In this document: piece after piece, positions 9,580 to 17,699 of the stretch
Layout: each line of letters begins with the position of its first letter
Numbering within the stretch: position 1 is the first letter of the stretch
Assembly: GCA_045600885.1 (NCBI GenBank)
Contig: JAZRYU010000161.1
Coordinates: forward strand, 12,541-76,540
Length of the DNA stretch: 64,000 nucleotides
DNA from: Prevotella sp.
GTDB taxonomy: Bacteria > Bacteroidota > Bacteroidia > Bacteroidales > Bacteroidaceae
Reading direction: 5' to 3'
The notes under the pieces: generated by a model
The model's database searches: none
What the model saw: the letters and a program-made list of their open reading frames with translations, nothing else
What the model was told of the DNA's origin: nothing
Position numbers and translations under genes: made by a program

Positions 9580-9650
9580 GATTTACGGATTTACCAATTT
9601 ACGGATTTACAATTTAATTCTGCATTCTGCATTCAGAATTCTGCATTAAT
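9580..9650. repeat. Mixed 8-mer and 7-mer tandem repeats (porK-porL gap)
   Basis: gatttacg gatttacc aatttacg gatttaca, then aattctg cattctg cattcag aattctg cattaat. Confidence 0.8.
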
Positions 9651-9655
9651 CAAGG

Positions 9656-11092
9656 TTACCTTTTCTTAGGCTTAGCGCTCTGCTGACTTGCCAGACTTCT
9701 CACACAGCGGAATCCGATGTAAGAGCGAGGCTGGTTCTGATATTCCCATGTGCGCCATGCTGAGCGGATAAAGCTCTCAGGGTCTTTCCATGAGCCACCG
9801 CGAACGCTCTTCTTCTTCAGTCTGTAAGGGTCTTCCTTAGCAGCGTTATAAGAGAGCTGCGGATTGAGGTCGTTCATTGCCTCTACTCCGGCTTCTGTGT
9901 AGATGGTGCTTGTCCATTCTGCCACATTTCCAGCCATATCGAAGAGACCGTTAGAATTTGCGCCGAATATACCCACGCGGGATGTTATTAGGTTGCCGTC
10001 TTCGGTATAGTTACCGCGGTCAGGCTTGAAGTTTGCATAGAAGCATCCACGATCGTTCTTCACGTTCTTAGCCTCCCAAGGGAACTCGTTACCTTCTGTT
10101 CCGCGGGCAGCATATTCCCATTCAGCCTCTGTAGGCAGACGGTAGCGCTGAATGTAGCGAGCCTGAGGTCCAAGACCTTTCAGGAGATATTCCGTACGCC
10201 AAGCGCAGAAAGCGTTTGCCTGTTCCCAAGTCACGCCTACAACAGGATAATCGTTGTAAGAAGGATTTGAGAAGTAGTAGCGCATGTAGGTCTCGTTGTC
10301 TGAGTTGCTGAAGTCGTTCACCCAGCAAGTAGTGTCCGGATAAATATTAACAATGTAGGTGTTGAGGAAGTCCCATGCACTTGACAGCGGTCTGTCAATG
10401 GTCTGACGGACAATCTTTCCCTCATCGTCAATGTAGGCTGTGTCCTTAGAGATCATCACCACCTCGTTCGGATTCACCTGATAGTCAGTATTGAGGTTTC
10501 TTTCCTCTGGGTTAAGGCGGTTACGACGGAGAGCAGCTGCCGTATAGTCATAGATTTCATAGCGGAAATTCATCTGACTGTAGTCGAGCATCTTCTCGCC
10601 AGTGACAGGATTTGTCACGTAAAGGCTCTCAATGGCACGAAGCTCATCCTCGTTAGGCTTTCTTGGCAGCGACTTCTTCCAGTTGATGTACGGACCTATC
10701 GGATCGCCGTTCTTATCCTCTGTTATCATGTACGATTCGTCACCGCCGTAGGCAGGATCTGCCAGGCGGGTGCGGAGGATAGAGTCGCGAACGTAATAAA
10801 CAAACTGTCTGTACTCAGAGTTTGTCACTTCCGTCTCGTCCATCCAGAAGCCGTCAACAGAGATTTCCCTCACCGGAGTCTGCTTACCCCAGAGAGAGTC
10901 CTGTTTCTCTATACCCATCTTCAGGAAACCACGCTTAATGAGAGTCATGCCGAACGGTGTAGGCTCAGTGAAGCTCTTTCCGCCACCAGTGCCGACGAGT
11001 TCACCACCACGACCTCCAACAGACGCATTCCTGCTTCCGGCACAAGCCGCAAGAATAAGCACTGCCAATATTGGTAATATTATCTTTTTCAT
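9656..11092 (-). CDS. porK: T9SS ring lipoprotein PorK/GldK (FGE-sulfatase fold)
   Basis: Lipobox LAAC; FWMDETEVTNSEY, YPVVGVTWEQA, YRLPTEAEWEYAARG, DMAGNVAEW and IGFRCVR motifs. Confidence 0.93.
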   Translation of the reverse strand: MKKIILPILAVLILAACAGSRNASVGGRGGELVGTGGGKSFTEPTPFGMTLIKRGFLKMGIEKQDSLWGKQTPVREISVDGFWMDETEVTNSEYRQFVYYVRDSILRTRLADPAYGGDESYMITEDKNGDPIGPYINWKKSLPRKPNEDELRAIESLYVTNPVTGEKMLDYSQMNFRYEIYDYTAAALRRNRLNPEERNLNTDYQVNPNEVVMISKDTAYIDDEGKIVRQTIDRPLSSAWDFLNTYIVNIYPDTTCWVNDFSNSDNETYMRYYFSNPSYNDYPVVGVTWEQANAFCAWRTEYLLKGLGPQARYIQRYRLPTEAEWEYAARGTEGNEFPWEAKNVKNDRGCFYANFKPDRGNYTEDGNLITSRVGIFGANSNGLFDMAGNVAEWTSTIYTEAGVEAMNDLNPQLSYNAAKEDPYRLKKKSVRGGSWKDPESFIRSAWRTWEYQNQPRSYIGFRCVRSLASQQSAKPKKR

Positions 11093-11129
11093 CAACTTTT
11101 AATTTTTCATTTTTTTTATGTTTCATTCC

Positions 11130-12065
11130 CTACAGGAACCTCACGCTCTTATGCAGGTTTCTTCCTTTCTTGTGGAAGTCTATGTCCACCTGATAGCCCA
11201 CATGCAGCTCATGACTGCCATTGCCAATCTTTATCTGCGATGTGTAGATTTCGTAGCTGTATCCCACGTTAAATCCTTGCACCAGAGCGCCGAGATATAC
11301 CGTAGCCGATTTATCCCATGCATAGCCCAGTCCGGCATAGTATTTCTTCTGGTCGTTCGTATAAGCCACGCGGCATGTTACGTCCTCACGATGATCCACG
11401 CCATCCGTTCTCACCATAAACGACGGATGTATAGTAATAAACGGATTTCTCAGCTTAATATTGTAACCGCCGTGCAAATAATATGAAGAACTGACACTTA
11501 TTTCGTTCGTTTCGCCCAATTCCACCGTTGGCGCAGTAAGATGCTGCATGGCAGCTCCCACATACCAGTTGTTATGCTGATAATGCACGCCGGCAGAGAA
11601 ATCCACCGTGTTTCCGTCCTGCTGGGAAGACGTGAAGGCTGGGTCGCTTGAGTCCTCAAGGTCTAGTTTGCTACCGTCGAATTTCTCCGTAAGCAGTCCC
11701 ACCTGAGCGCCTATGCTCAGCTGTCCTCCGGCAAGTTTGGTCTTTCCTGCATATTGAGCAGAAATCTTCTGATGCGTGAAGAGACCAATCTGGTCGTTCA
11801 GCATCTGCACACCTACGCCGTGATACATCTTCATGGCATAGAGCGGCATATCGGCAGCCACGTACATAGTCTTCGGATTATGACGGAATCCCACGAAGCT
11901 CATGGCATACGCACCGGTGATGTTCATCTTCGTGTCTTTTCCGACCGCGGCAGGGTTGAACGAAGGCTGCATGTCGAAATAGTGAGAAAACGAAACATCA
12001 TACTGAGCGCGGGAGCATACACTCACCGCCAGAGACGCCAATATGGTCAATAATCGCTTTTGCAT
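11130..12065 (-). CDS. porP: T9SS beta-barrel PorP/SprF
   Basis: AQYDVSFSHY...FNPAAVG, NDQIGLF, VGYSYE and GSHEL motifs; C-terminus KSVRFL; lies upstream of porK. Start codon uncertain (12065 or 12077). Confidence 0.9.
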   Translation of the reverse strand: MQKRLLTILASLAVSVCSRAQYDVSFSHYFDMQPSFNPAAVGKDTKMNITGAYAMSFVGFRHNPKTMYVAADMPLYAMKMYHGVGVQMLNDQIGLFTHQKISAQYAGKTKLAGGQLSIGAQVGLLTEKFDGSKLDLEDSSDPAFTSSQQDGNTVDFSAGVHYQHNNWYVGAAMQHLTAPTVELGETNEISVSSSYYLHGGYNIKLRNPFITIHPSFMVRTDGVDHREDVTCRVAYTNDQKKYYAGLGYAWDKSATVYLGALVQGFNVGYSYEIYTSQIKIGNGSHELHVGYQVDIDFHKKGRNLHKSVRFL

Positions 12066-12188
12066 AGCACAATACAAGATAATAACGCACGCATTCCTTA
12101 TTTATTACAAATTAATGAACATATCTTAAAAAAATTATATTTTCCGAAAAAAAATGCTCTTTTTCTTCATTATAATGTAAGAAAATCA

Positions 12189-12196
12189 TATCTTTG
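12189..12196 (+). promoter_or_regulatory. -7 promoter box (TATCTTTG) for kduI-kduD
   Basis: TAnnTTTG match followed by CAG, in an AT-rich divergent region. Confidence 0.55.
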
Positions 12197-12264
12197 CAGT
12201 CTAATAGGATGAAGCACATGGCTTAATATCATGATTACTAACTAATTAACTATAGAAATAAACA

Positions 12265-13107
12265 ATGAAAACTAACTACGAAGTTCGTTACGCTGCGCAT
12301 CCAGAAGATGCAAAAAGCTACGACACAGCACGTATTCGTCGCGATTTCCTTATCGAGAAGGTTTTCGCAGCAGACGAAGTGAACATGGTTTACTCTATGT
12401 ACGACCGTATGGTGGTAGGTGGAGCAATGCCTGTAAACGAAGAGCTCAAGCTTGAAGCCATCGATCCTCTCAAGGCTCCATTCTTCACCACTCGTCGTGA
12501 GATTGGTCTCTTCAACGTTGGCGGCAAGGGCTGCGTGAAGGTAGGCGATGAGGTCTTTGAACTCGACTACAAGGAGGCTCTCTACATCGGACGTGGCGAC
12601 CGCGATGTCGTTTTCGTAAGCGCTGACCCTCAGAAGCCTGCTAAGTTCTACTTCAACTCTGTTACTGCTCACAAGGAATATCCTTCAAAGAAGATCACAA
12701 AGAACGACGCTGTTGTTGCTCACATGGGTTCTCTTGAGATGTCTAACGAGCGCGACATCAACAAGATGGTCGTTTCTCAGGTTGTTGACACTTGCCAGAT
12801 CCAGATGGGTATGACAGAGCTTGCTCCTGGTTCTGTATGGAACACAATGCCTGCTCACGTTCACTCACGCCGCATGGAGGCTTACTTCTACTTTGAAGTG
12901 CCAGAAGATCAGGCTGTATGCCACTTCATGGGCGAGATTGACGAGACACGCCACCTCTGGATGAAGGGCGATCAGGCTGTCCTCTCTCCTGAATGGTCTA
13001 TCCACTCTGCTGCCGCTACTCACAACTACACATTCATCTGGGGTATGGGCGGCGAGAACCTCGACTACGGAGATCAGGACTTCTCACTCATCACAGACCT
13101 AAAATAA
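12265..13107 (+). CDS. kduI: 5-dehydro-4-deoxy-D-glucuronate isomerase
   Basis: YSMYDRMVVGG, GSVWNTMPAHVHSRRMEAYFYF, SPEWSIHS and FIWGMGGENLDY motifs. Confidence 0.95.
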   Translation: MKTNYEVRYAAHPEDAKSYDTARIRRDFLIEKVFAADEVNMVYSMYDRMVVGGAMPVNEELKLEAIDPLKAPFFTTRREIGLFNVGGKGCVKVGDEVFELDYKEALYIGRGDRDVVFVSADPQKPAKFYFNSVTAHKEYPSKKITKNDAVVAHMGSLEMSNERDINKMVVSQVVDTCQIQMGMTELAPGSVWNTMPAHVHSRRMEAYFYFEVPEDQAVCHFMGEIDETRHLWMKGDQAVLSPEWSIHSAAATHNYTFIWGMGGENLDYGDQDFSLITDLK

Positions 13108-13283
13108 AGCCCATCCCTTACCCCTCCCCCTTATGAGAGGGGAGTAATTACCTTCAGTGGAAGGTTTTTACAGGGTAGGCAAATCAAATCTTTAATTTTT
13201 ATCAACAAGTGATATAATTCCTCCCGCAAAACATATCACTCCCCCTCCCCATAATCGGGGAGGGGGCTCGGGGGGAGAGGCTT
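13106..13283. repeat. Inverted pair of C/G-rich REP-like hairpin units between kduI and kduD
   Basis: Left unit aagcccatcccttacccctcccccttatgagaggggagt resembles the reverse complement of the right unit actccccctccccataatcggggagggggctcggggggagaggctt; each unit is itself a hairpin. Confidence 0.7.
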
Positions 13284-13286
13284 ACT

Positions 13287-14081
13287 ATGTTTTCATTAAA
13301 AGGCAAAAACGCTTGGATCACAGGCGCATCATACGGCATTGGTTTCAACATTGCTCAGGCATTCGTAAATGCAGGTATTGACAACATCATCTTCAACGAT
13401 ATCAACGAGGCTGCTCTTGAGCGCGGACTCAACAACTACAAGGAAGCTGGCATCACAAACGTTCACGGCTATGTTTGCGACGTTACAGACGAGAACGCAG
13501 TGAAGGAACTCGTAGAGAAGGTTCACGCTGAGGTAGGCAACATCGATATCCTCGTAAACAACGCAGGTATCATCAAGCGCATCCCAATGCACGAGATGAA
13601 GCGCTCTGAGTTCCAGCAGGTTATCGACATCGACCTCGTTGGTCCATTCATCTGCTCTTCTGCCGTTCTCCCAGAAATGATGGAGCGTCGTGAGGGTAAG
13701 ATCATCAACATCTGCTCTATGATGTCTGAACTCGGTCGCGAGACTGTTTCTGCTTACGCTGCTGCAAAGGGCGGTCTTAAGATGCTCACTCGCAACATCT
13801 GCTCTGAGTATGGCGAGTACAACATCCAGTGTAACGGTATCGGCCCTGGCTACATCGCTACTCCTCAGACAGCTCCTCTCCGCGAGAAGCAGGCTGACGG
13901 CTCACGCCACCCATTCGACTCATTCATCTGCGCAAAGACTCCTGCTGGCCGTTGGCTCGACCCTTCTGAGCTCGGTGGTCCTGCAGTATTCCTCGCATCA
14001 AAGGCTTCTGACGCTGTAAACGGCCACGTCCTCTACGTTGACGGCGGTATCCTCGCTTACATCGGCAAGCAGCCACAGTAA
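13287..14081 (+). CDS. kduD: SDR: 2-deoxy-D-gluconate 3-dehydrogenase / gluconate 5-dehydrogenase (KduD-like)
   Basis: TGASYGIG, NNAGI, YAAAK and VNGHVLYVDGG motifs; follows kduI. Confidence 0.82.
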   Translation: MFSLKGKNAWITGASYGIGFNIAQAFVNAGIDNIIFNDINEAALERGLNNYKEAGITNVHGYVCDVTDENAVKELVEKVHAEVGNIDILVNNAGIIKRIPMHEMKRSEFQQVIDIDLVGPFICSSAVLPEMMERREGKIINICSMMSELGRETVSAYAAAKGGLKMLTRNICSEYGEYNIQCNGIGPGYIATPQTAPLREKQADGSRHPFDSFICAKTPAGRWLDPSELGGPAVFLASKASDAVNGHVLYVDGGILAYIGKQPQ

Positions 14082-14084
14082 TAA

Positions 14085-14172
14085 AATATGAAAACGAAAA
14101 ATGAAAAGGGAAAAATGAAAAGTACTCAAGGCGCAGCAATTTTCAATTTTCTATTATCAATTTTCAATTAAC
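14085..14172. repeat. 7-mer-armed hairpin element, copy 2
   Basis: aaacgaa aaatgaa aagggaa aaatgaa, core tactcaaggcgcagc, then aattttc aattttc tattatc aattttc aattaac. Confidence 0.8.
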
Positions 14173-14177
14173 AGATA

Positions 14178-14678
14178 ATGTTCCGCTGGTTAAATAGGTT
14201 AATTCGTTCTCCTCGCACAAGAGGCTTCGGAGTGCAGTCGCCCACCGACTATCACTTCCTTCGCCATGTTGTGCATCAGAAACTCCCGTATTACGCCTAT
14301 GAAACATTATCCAGCAGGACAACACACCTCAGCAAGCGCGAAGTAGAACTCCTGCAGTTCTACCTTCGCCTTGCAAACTACATCCAAGACAACTGGCAGC
14401 TCTACATCATAGGGAAAGACAACTTCGGAGCCATCGACGCCAATCTGCGCATGCTCTACCTCACGGCAGGCAGTCGCAAGGTGAAGGCAGTACAGACCAG
14501 CCGACTCCCCTCTACCCTATCCTCACAGCCCAGTGTACTAATCATCGAGAACCTCGCCTCCAACAAAACATTCATGAAAGAGTGCAAGGAGGCAACGGTC
14601 ATCTTCGATATGGCGGACATCGCAGTCGTGTTCTGCGACCCAAAACGCTACAAGACTATCTACAAAATAAACCTTTAA
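14178..14678 (+). CDS. Conserved Bacteroidales hypothetical protein (degenerate methyltransferase-like)
   Basis: RGFGVQSP..Y...YYAY N-terminal motif, which I recall from genes upstream of the cobalamin adenosyltransferase in Bacteroidales; ends YKINL. Confidence 0.6.
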   Translation: MFRWLNRLIRSPRTRGFGVQSPTDYHFLRHVVHQKLPYYAYETLSSRTTHLSKREVELLQFYLRLANYIQDNWQLYIIGKDNFGAIDANLRMLYLTAGSRKVKAVQTSRLPSTLSSQPSVLIIENLASNKTFMKECKEATVIFDMADIAVVFCDPKRYKTIYKINL

Positions 14679-14690
14679 ATAATTACCACC

Positions 14691-15245
14691 ATGGCAAAGA
14701 TCTATACAAGACACGGTGATGACGGCATGACCAGTCTCATCGGCGGAGTGAAAGTAAAGAAGACACACCCACGCATTGAAGCCTACGGCACTGTTGACGA
14801 ACTCTCAGCACAGCTCGGAAAACTCGCTTCCTACATGAAAGATGGCGACAACAAGAGTCTCATCATCCGCACTCAGCGTAACCTCTTCACGCTCAGTTCC
14901 TATCTCGCAACAGACAAGGAGCAGACTCCACTCGCTCACACCTTCATCCTCGACGAAGAGGAGATTCGTGTTCTTGAAGAGCAGATAGACTATCTCAATG
15001 TCTGCATACCACAGCAGACAGCCTTCATCTTGCCAGGCGGAATACCAGAGGCTGCACAGGCACACGTCTGCCGAACAGTCTGCCGACGCGCCGAGCGACG
15101 CATCTTCTCCCTCCACGAGATCTCACCGCTCGACCCATGGGTAATGCAATATATGAACCGACTCTCAGACTACCTCTTCATGCTTGCACGCAAACTCAAT
15201 TTCCATGAGGGAGTGCGCGAAGAGACCTGGAATCCGAAGAAATAA
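14691..15245 (+). CDS. ATP:cob(I)alamin adenosyltransferase, PduO type
   Basis: KIYTRHGDDGMT, RIEAYGTVDEL, FILPGG, HVCRTVCRRAERR and NRLSDYLF motifs. Confidence 0.93.
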   Translation: MAKIYTRHGDDGMTSLIGGVKVKKTHPRIEAYGTVDELSAQLGKLASYMKDGDNKSLIIRTQRNLFTLSSYLATDKEQTPLAHTFILDEEEIRVLEEQIDYLNVCIPQQTAFILPGGIPEAAQAHVCRTVCRRAERRIFSLHEISPLDPWVMQYMNRLSDYLFMLARKLNFHEGVREETWNPKK

Positions 15246-15246
15246 T

Positions 15247-15306
15247 AAAACGAAAAATGCTCTGGCACAGCAATTTTCAATTATCAATTTTCAATTATCA
15301 ATTAGA
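15247..15306. repeat. 7-mer-armed hairpin element, copy 3 (short left arm)
   Basis: aaaacgaaaaa, core tgctctggcacagc, then aattttc aattatc aattttc aattatc aattaga. Confidence 0.75.
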
Positions 15307-15308
15307 AT

Positions 15309-15533
15309 ATGTACTGGACACTAGAATTGGCCTCAAAACTTGAAGATGCTCCATGGCCTGCAACAAAAGAGGAGCTCATCGACTACGCTCAGCGTTCCGG
15401 CGCTCCTCTTGAGGTGATAGAGAACCTCACCGAAATCGAAGACGAAGAAGACATGGTCTATGACAACATCGAAGACATCTGGCCAGACTATCCGTCAAAA
15501 GACGACTTCCTCTTTAATGAGGACGAATACTAA
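15309..15533 (+). CDS. DUF2795 domain small acidic protein
   Basis: MYWTLELASKLEDAPWPATKEELIDYA, a highly conserved Bacteroidota small protein. Confidence 0.88.
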   Translation: MYWTLELASKLEDAPWPATKEELIDYAQRSGAPLEVIENLTEIEDEEDMVYDNIEDIWPDYPSKDDFLFNEDEY

Positions 15534-15534
15534 C

Positions 15535-15578
15535 AAAAAACCTCCGCATCGAAGAAACATTCGGTGCGGAGGTTTTTT
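15535..15578. terminator. Bidirectional intrinsic terminator
   Basis: aaaaaacctccgcatcgaa-loop-ttcggtgcggaggtttttt between convergent genes. Confidence 0.85.
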
Positions 15579-15628
15579 CCTTAGGGAAACGATGCGTAAG
15601 CCTAAGGATTACAAAATTATTCCTTTGG
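15579..15628. repeat. Phased CCTWAGG array, copy A
   Basis: CCTTAGG (15579), CCTAAGG (15601) and CCTTTGG (15622), at periods of 22 and 21 bp. Confidence 0.7.
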
Positions 15629-15692
15629 TTTACTGACAGTATATAACGAATAATTTCTCTTGCCTACACCTATATTCTCGCCAAATATCTAA

Positions 15693-16808
15693 TTACTTCT
15701 TCACGACAACCATCTTCGTTTCTCCGTTCTTCTTTACTATATAGATGCCAGTCTGGTTAGGGATGTCCACCTTCACACCGTTGAGAGTATAGAACTCCAC
15801 ATCGCCGTACTTATCACTAATCTCTGACAGGGTTATCGCAGTAGAGCCGTCTTCAATGATATTAAAATATTTCCACACCTTGACATTGGTGTAGTCTTTC
15901 TTTGTTCCAATGGTCACATATAGATTACAATCGTTTTCATTTACACCGGTGAAAGTATTATTCTCAACAGTAGGTGGTGTTATTGCTTGACAATGTATCT
16001 CCTTGAGCTTGGAACATTCATAGAAAGCATAACTTCCAATACTCGTAACGGAGTTCGGGATTGTGATGGAGGTGAGACCGGAACAACTAGCGAAAGCATA
16101 ATCTCCAATGCTTGTGACAGAGTTCGGGATTGTATATGTAACCATTCTATCTCTTGGACAGCATACTAGCTCTGTTAAATTTTTATTGAAAAGTATGTTG
16201 TCAATTGCACAGTAATTTGGATTATCTTCATCAACATTAAACGAGGTAAGGCTGGTGCAAGCAGAGAAAACATAATCTCCAATGCTTGTGACAGAGCTAG
16301 GGATTGTAATGGAGGAAAGACTGCAGCAATTTAAAAAAGCCCCACGTCCAATACTCGTAACGGTGTTAGGGATTGTGATGGAGGTAAGACCAACGCAAGC
16401 AGAGAAAGCATCCTCTCCAATACTCGTGACAGAGTTCGGGATTATGATGGAGGTAAGGTTGATGCACCAAGAAAAAGCCTTCTCTCTAATGCTCGTAACA
16501 GAATTCGGGGCTATGACGGAGGTAAGCTCTGAGCATAATGCGAAAGCACTTTTTCCGATACTCGTGACACCATCACCAATCTTAACCGTTACCACAGACT
16601 CTCTTTGGTCGTACCAAGGAGTATTAATATCCCAATAACTCCAATTATACATATCTCCCGTACCAGTAATCTCGAGAGTGCCGTCATCACTGAGTGTATA
16701 GTTGACATTATCGCCGCATCGGCCAGAATCGATGATTGCAGCATTGACGGCAGTGCAAAGCATGAGCATTGCCTGTAAACAGAAGAGAATTAAAGATTTT
16801 CTATTCAT
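15693..16808 (-). CDS. BspA-type leucine-rich repeat surface protein with a probable T9SS C-terminal domain
   Basis: Signal peptide; GRCGDNVNYTL cap; repeated 23-aa TSITIPNSVTSIGxxAFxxCxxL units; C-terminal YTLNGVKV...GIYIVK...KMVVVKK. Confidence 0.88.
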   Translation of the reverse strand: MNRKSLILFCLQAMLMLCTAVNAAIIDSGRCGDNVNYTLSDDGTLEITGTGDMYNWSYWDINTPWYDQRESVVTVKIGDGVTSIGKSAFALCSELTSVIAPNSVTSIREKAFSWCINLTSIIIPNSVTSIGEDAFSACVGLTSITIPNTVTSIGRGAFLNCCSLSSITIPSSVTSIGDYVFSACTSLTSFNVDEDNPNYCAIDNILFNKNLTELVCCPRDRMVTYTIPNSVTSIGDYAFASCSGLTSITIPNSVTSIGSYAFYECSKLKEIHCQAITPPTVENNTFTGVNENDCNLYVTIGTKKDYTNVKVWKYFNIIEDGSTAITLSEISDKYGDVEFYTLNGVKVDIPNQTGIYIVKKNGETKMVVVKK

Positions 16809-16903
16809 AGTTGCTTTTGTTTGCAAAAAGTCCAAATTTACGAATAACATGAATTTAGAAAGGAAATATTGCTGATATTCTTTAAGAAAGTTACATATAA
16901 CAA

Positions 16904-16923
16904 CGCTGCAAAAGTAAGCATTT
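16904..16923. repeat. 20-bp direct repeat, left copy (contains minus-strand -7 box TACTTTTG)
   Basis: cgctgcaaaagtaagcattt, identical to 17569-17588. Confidence 0.9.
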
Positions 16924-16946
16924 GCAAAATATCCTCAGTACTAAAG

Positions 16947-17249
16947 CTATTTCTCAATACGCTTTAGATTTTGTTTCATTTCCTTGTTATATGCTTCTCC
17001 ACGACTGACTAGATAACGGAAGATGACGGTGTCATCAACAATCTCTATATGGAATGTAAAGAAAGCGCGAATCGAGCCAATGCGTATGCGGTAGATGTTG
17101 TTGTAATCTACCATTTTCTTCAGATCGGTGATATCATCAAGAGATTTCGCATCAACGACTTCCTGAATAGCTCTATTTATAGACTCCTTAATCTTGCCTG
17201 ATTGCTTCTTTGCTGCCTTTAGGAAATCTTTGGTGTAATGAACTTTCAT
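16947..17249 (-). CDS. RelE/ParE-family toxin
   Basis: Basic 100-aa protein with YTKDFLKAAKK and YRIRIGSIRAFF...SRGEAY; overlaps the upstream gene by 4 nt (ATGA). Confidence 0.75.
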   Translation of the reverse strand: MKVHYTKDFLKAAKKQSGKIKESINRAIQEVVDAKSLDDITDLKKMVDYNNIYRIRIGSIRAFFTFHIEIVDDTVIFRYLVSRGEAYNKEMKQNLKRIEK

Positions 17250-17488
17250 CTCTTTATACCTAACCAGTCTTCAAATTCTTTTTCTTCCTCCTCGCTCAAC
17301 AATTCAAAGCCTTCAGGGCGTGTTGCACAGAGGTACTCCCAGCATTCTTCATCGCTGAGATCACCCATCACCCCAGTGTCGCTATTATCAGCATTTTGAG
17401 GTTTGCTCAATATCCATCCCATAGCCTTGGCAATACCATTCAGACGTTTTCTGTCAGTCTCAGGAAACTCAATGGTCATGGTTTCCAT
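17246..17488 (-). CDS. Putative antitoxin (small, acidic C-terminus)
   Basis: Translationally coupled upstream of the RelE-like gene; acidic tail LSEEEEKEFEDWL. Start uncertain (17515, 17488 or 17479). Confidence 0.6.
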   Translation of the reverse strand: METMTIEFPETDRKRLNGIAKAMGWILSKPQNADNSDTGVMGDLSDEECWEYLCATRPEGFELLSEEEEKEFEDWLGIKR

Positions 17489-17568
17489 TTTTAGCTGTGG
17501 TACTACTGATGTCATAATAAAGAAAAATTTAGTTGAGTAAAATATCAAATGGCTGAACCATCCGTATG

Positions 17569-17588
17569 CGCTGCAAAAGTAAGCATTT
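17569..17588 (-). promoter_or_regulatory. 20-bp direct repeat, right copy; probable -7 promoter box of the TA operon
   Basis: Minus strand reads aaatgcttacttttgcagcg, which contains TACTTTTG. Confidence 0.7.
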
Positions 17589-17632
17589 ATTTTCAATCTG
17601 CCAAACAAATTCAAGAAATTATTAGATATTTT

Positions 17633-17663
17633 TTTGCAGTTTCAGAATAATTGCGTAATTTTG
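17633..17663 (+). promoter_or_regulatory. argB promoter (-33 TTTG, -7 TAATTTTG)
   Basis: TTTG at 17633-17636, a 19-nt spacer, then TAATTTTG at 17656-17663. Confidence 0.7.
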
Positions 17664-17699
17664 CAGACACAAAACAAAACGATTAACAGAAAACAAAGA

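Noticed and set aside
6253-12065. Gliding motility system
   Set aside because: Only the shared T9SS core is present. No gliding-specific gld genes or sprB are in the window.
14085-14690. Possible cobalamin riboswitch upstream of the adenosyltransferase
   Set aside because: No B12-box or conserved riboswitch core is visible; the space is taken by a repeat element and a CDS.
15990-16570. 69-bp repeats that could suggest a DGR template/variable region or a CRISPR
   Set aside because: They are in-frame 23-aa LRR coding repeats. There is no reverse transcriptase, and I noticed no adenine-specific variation.
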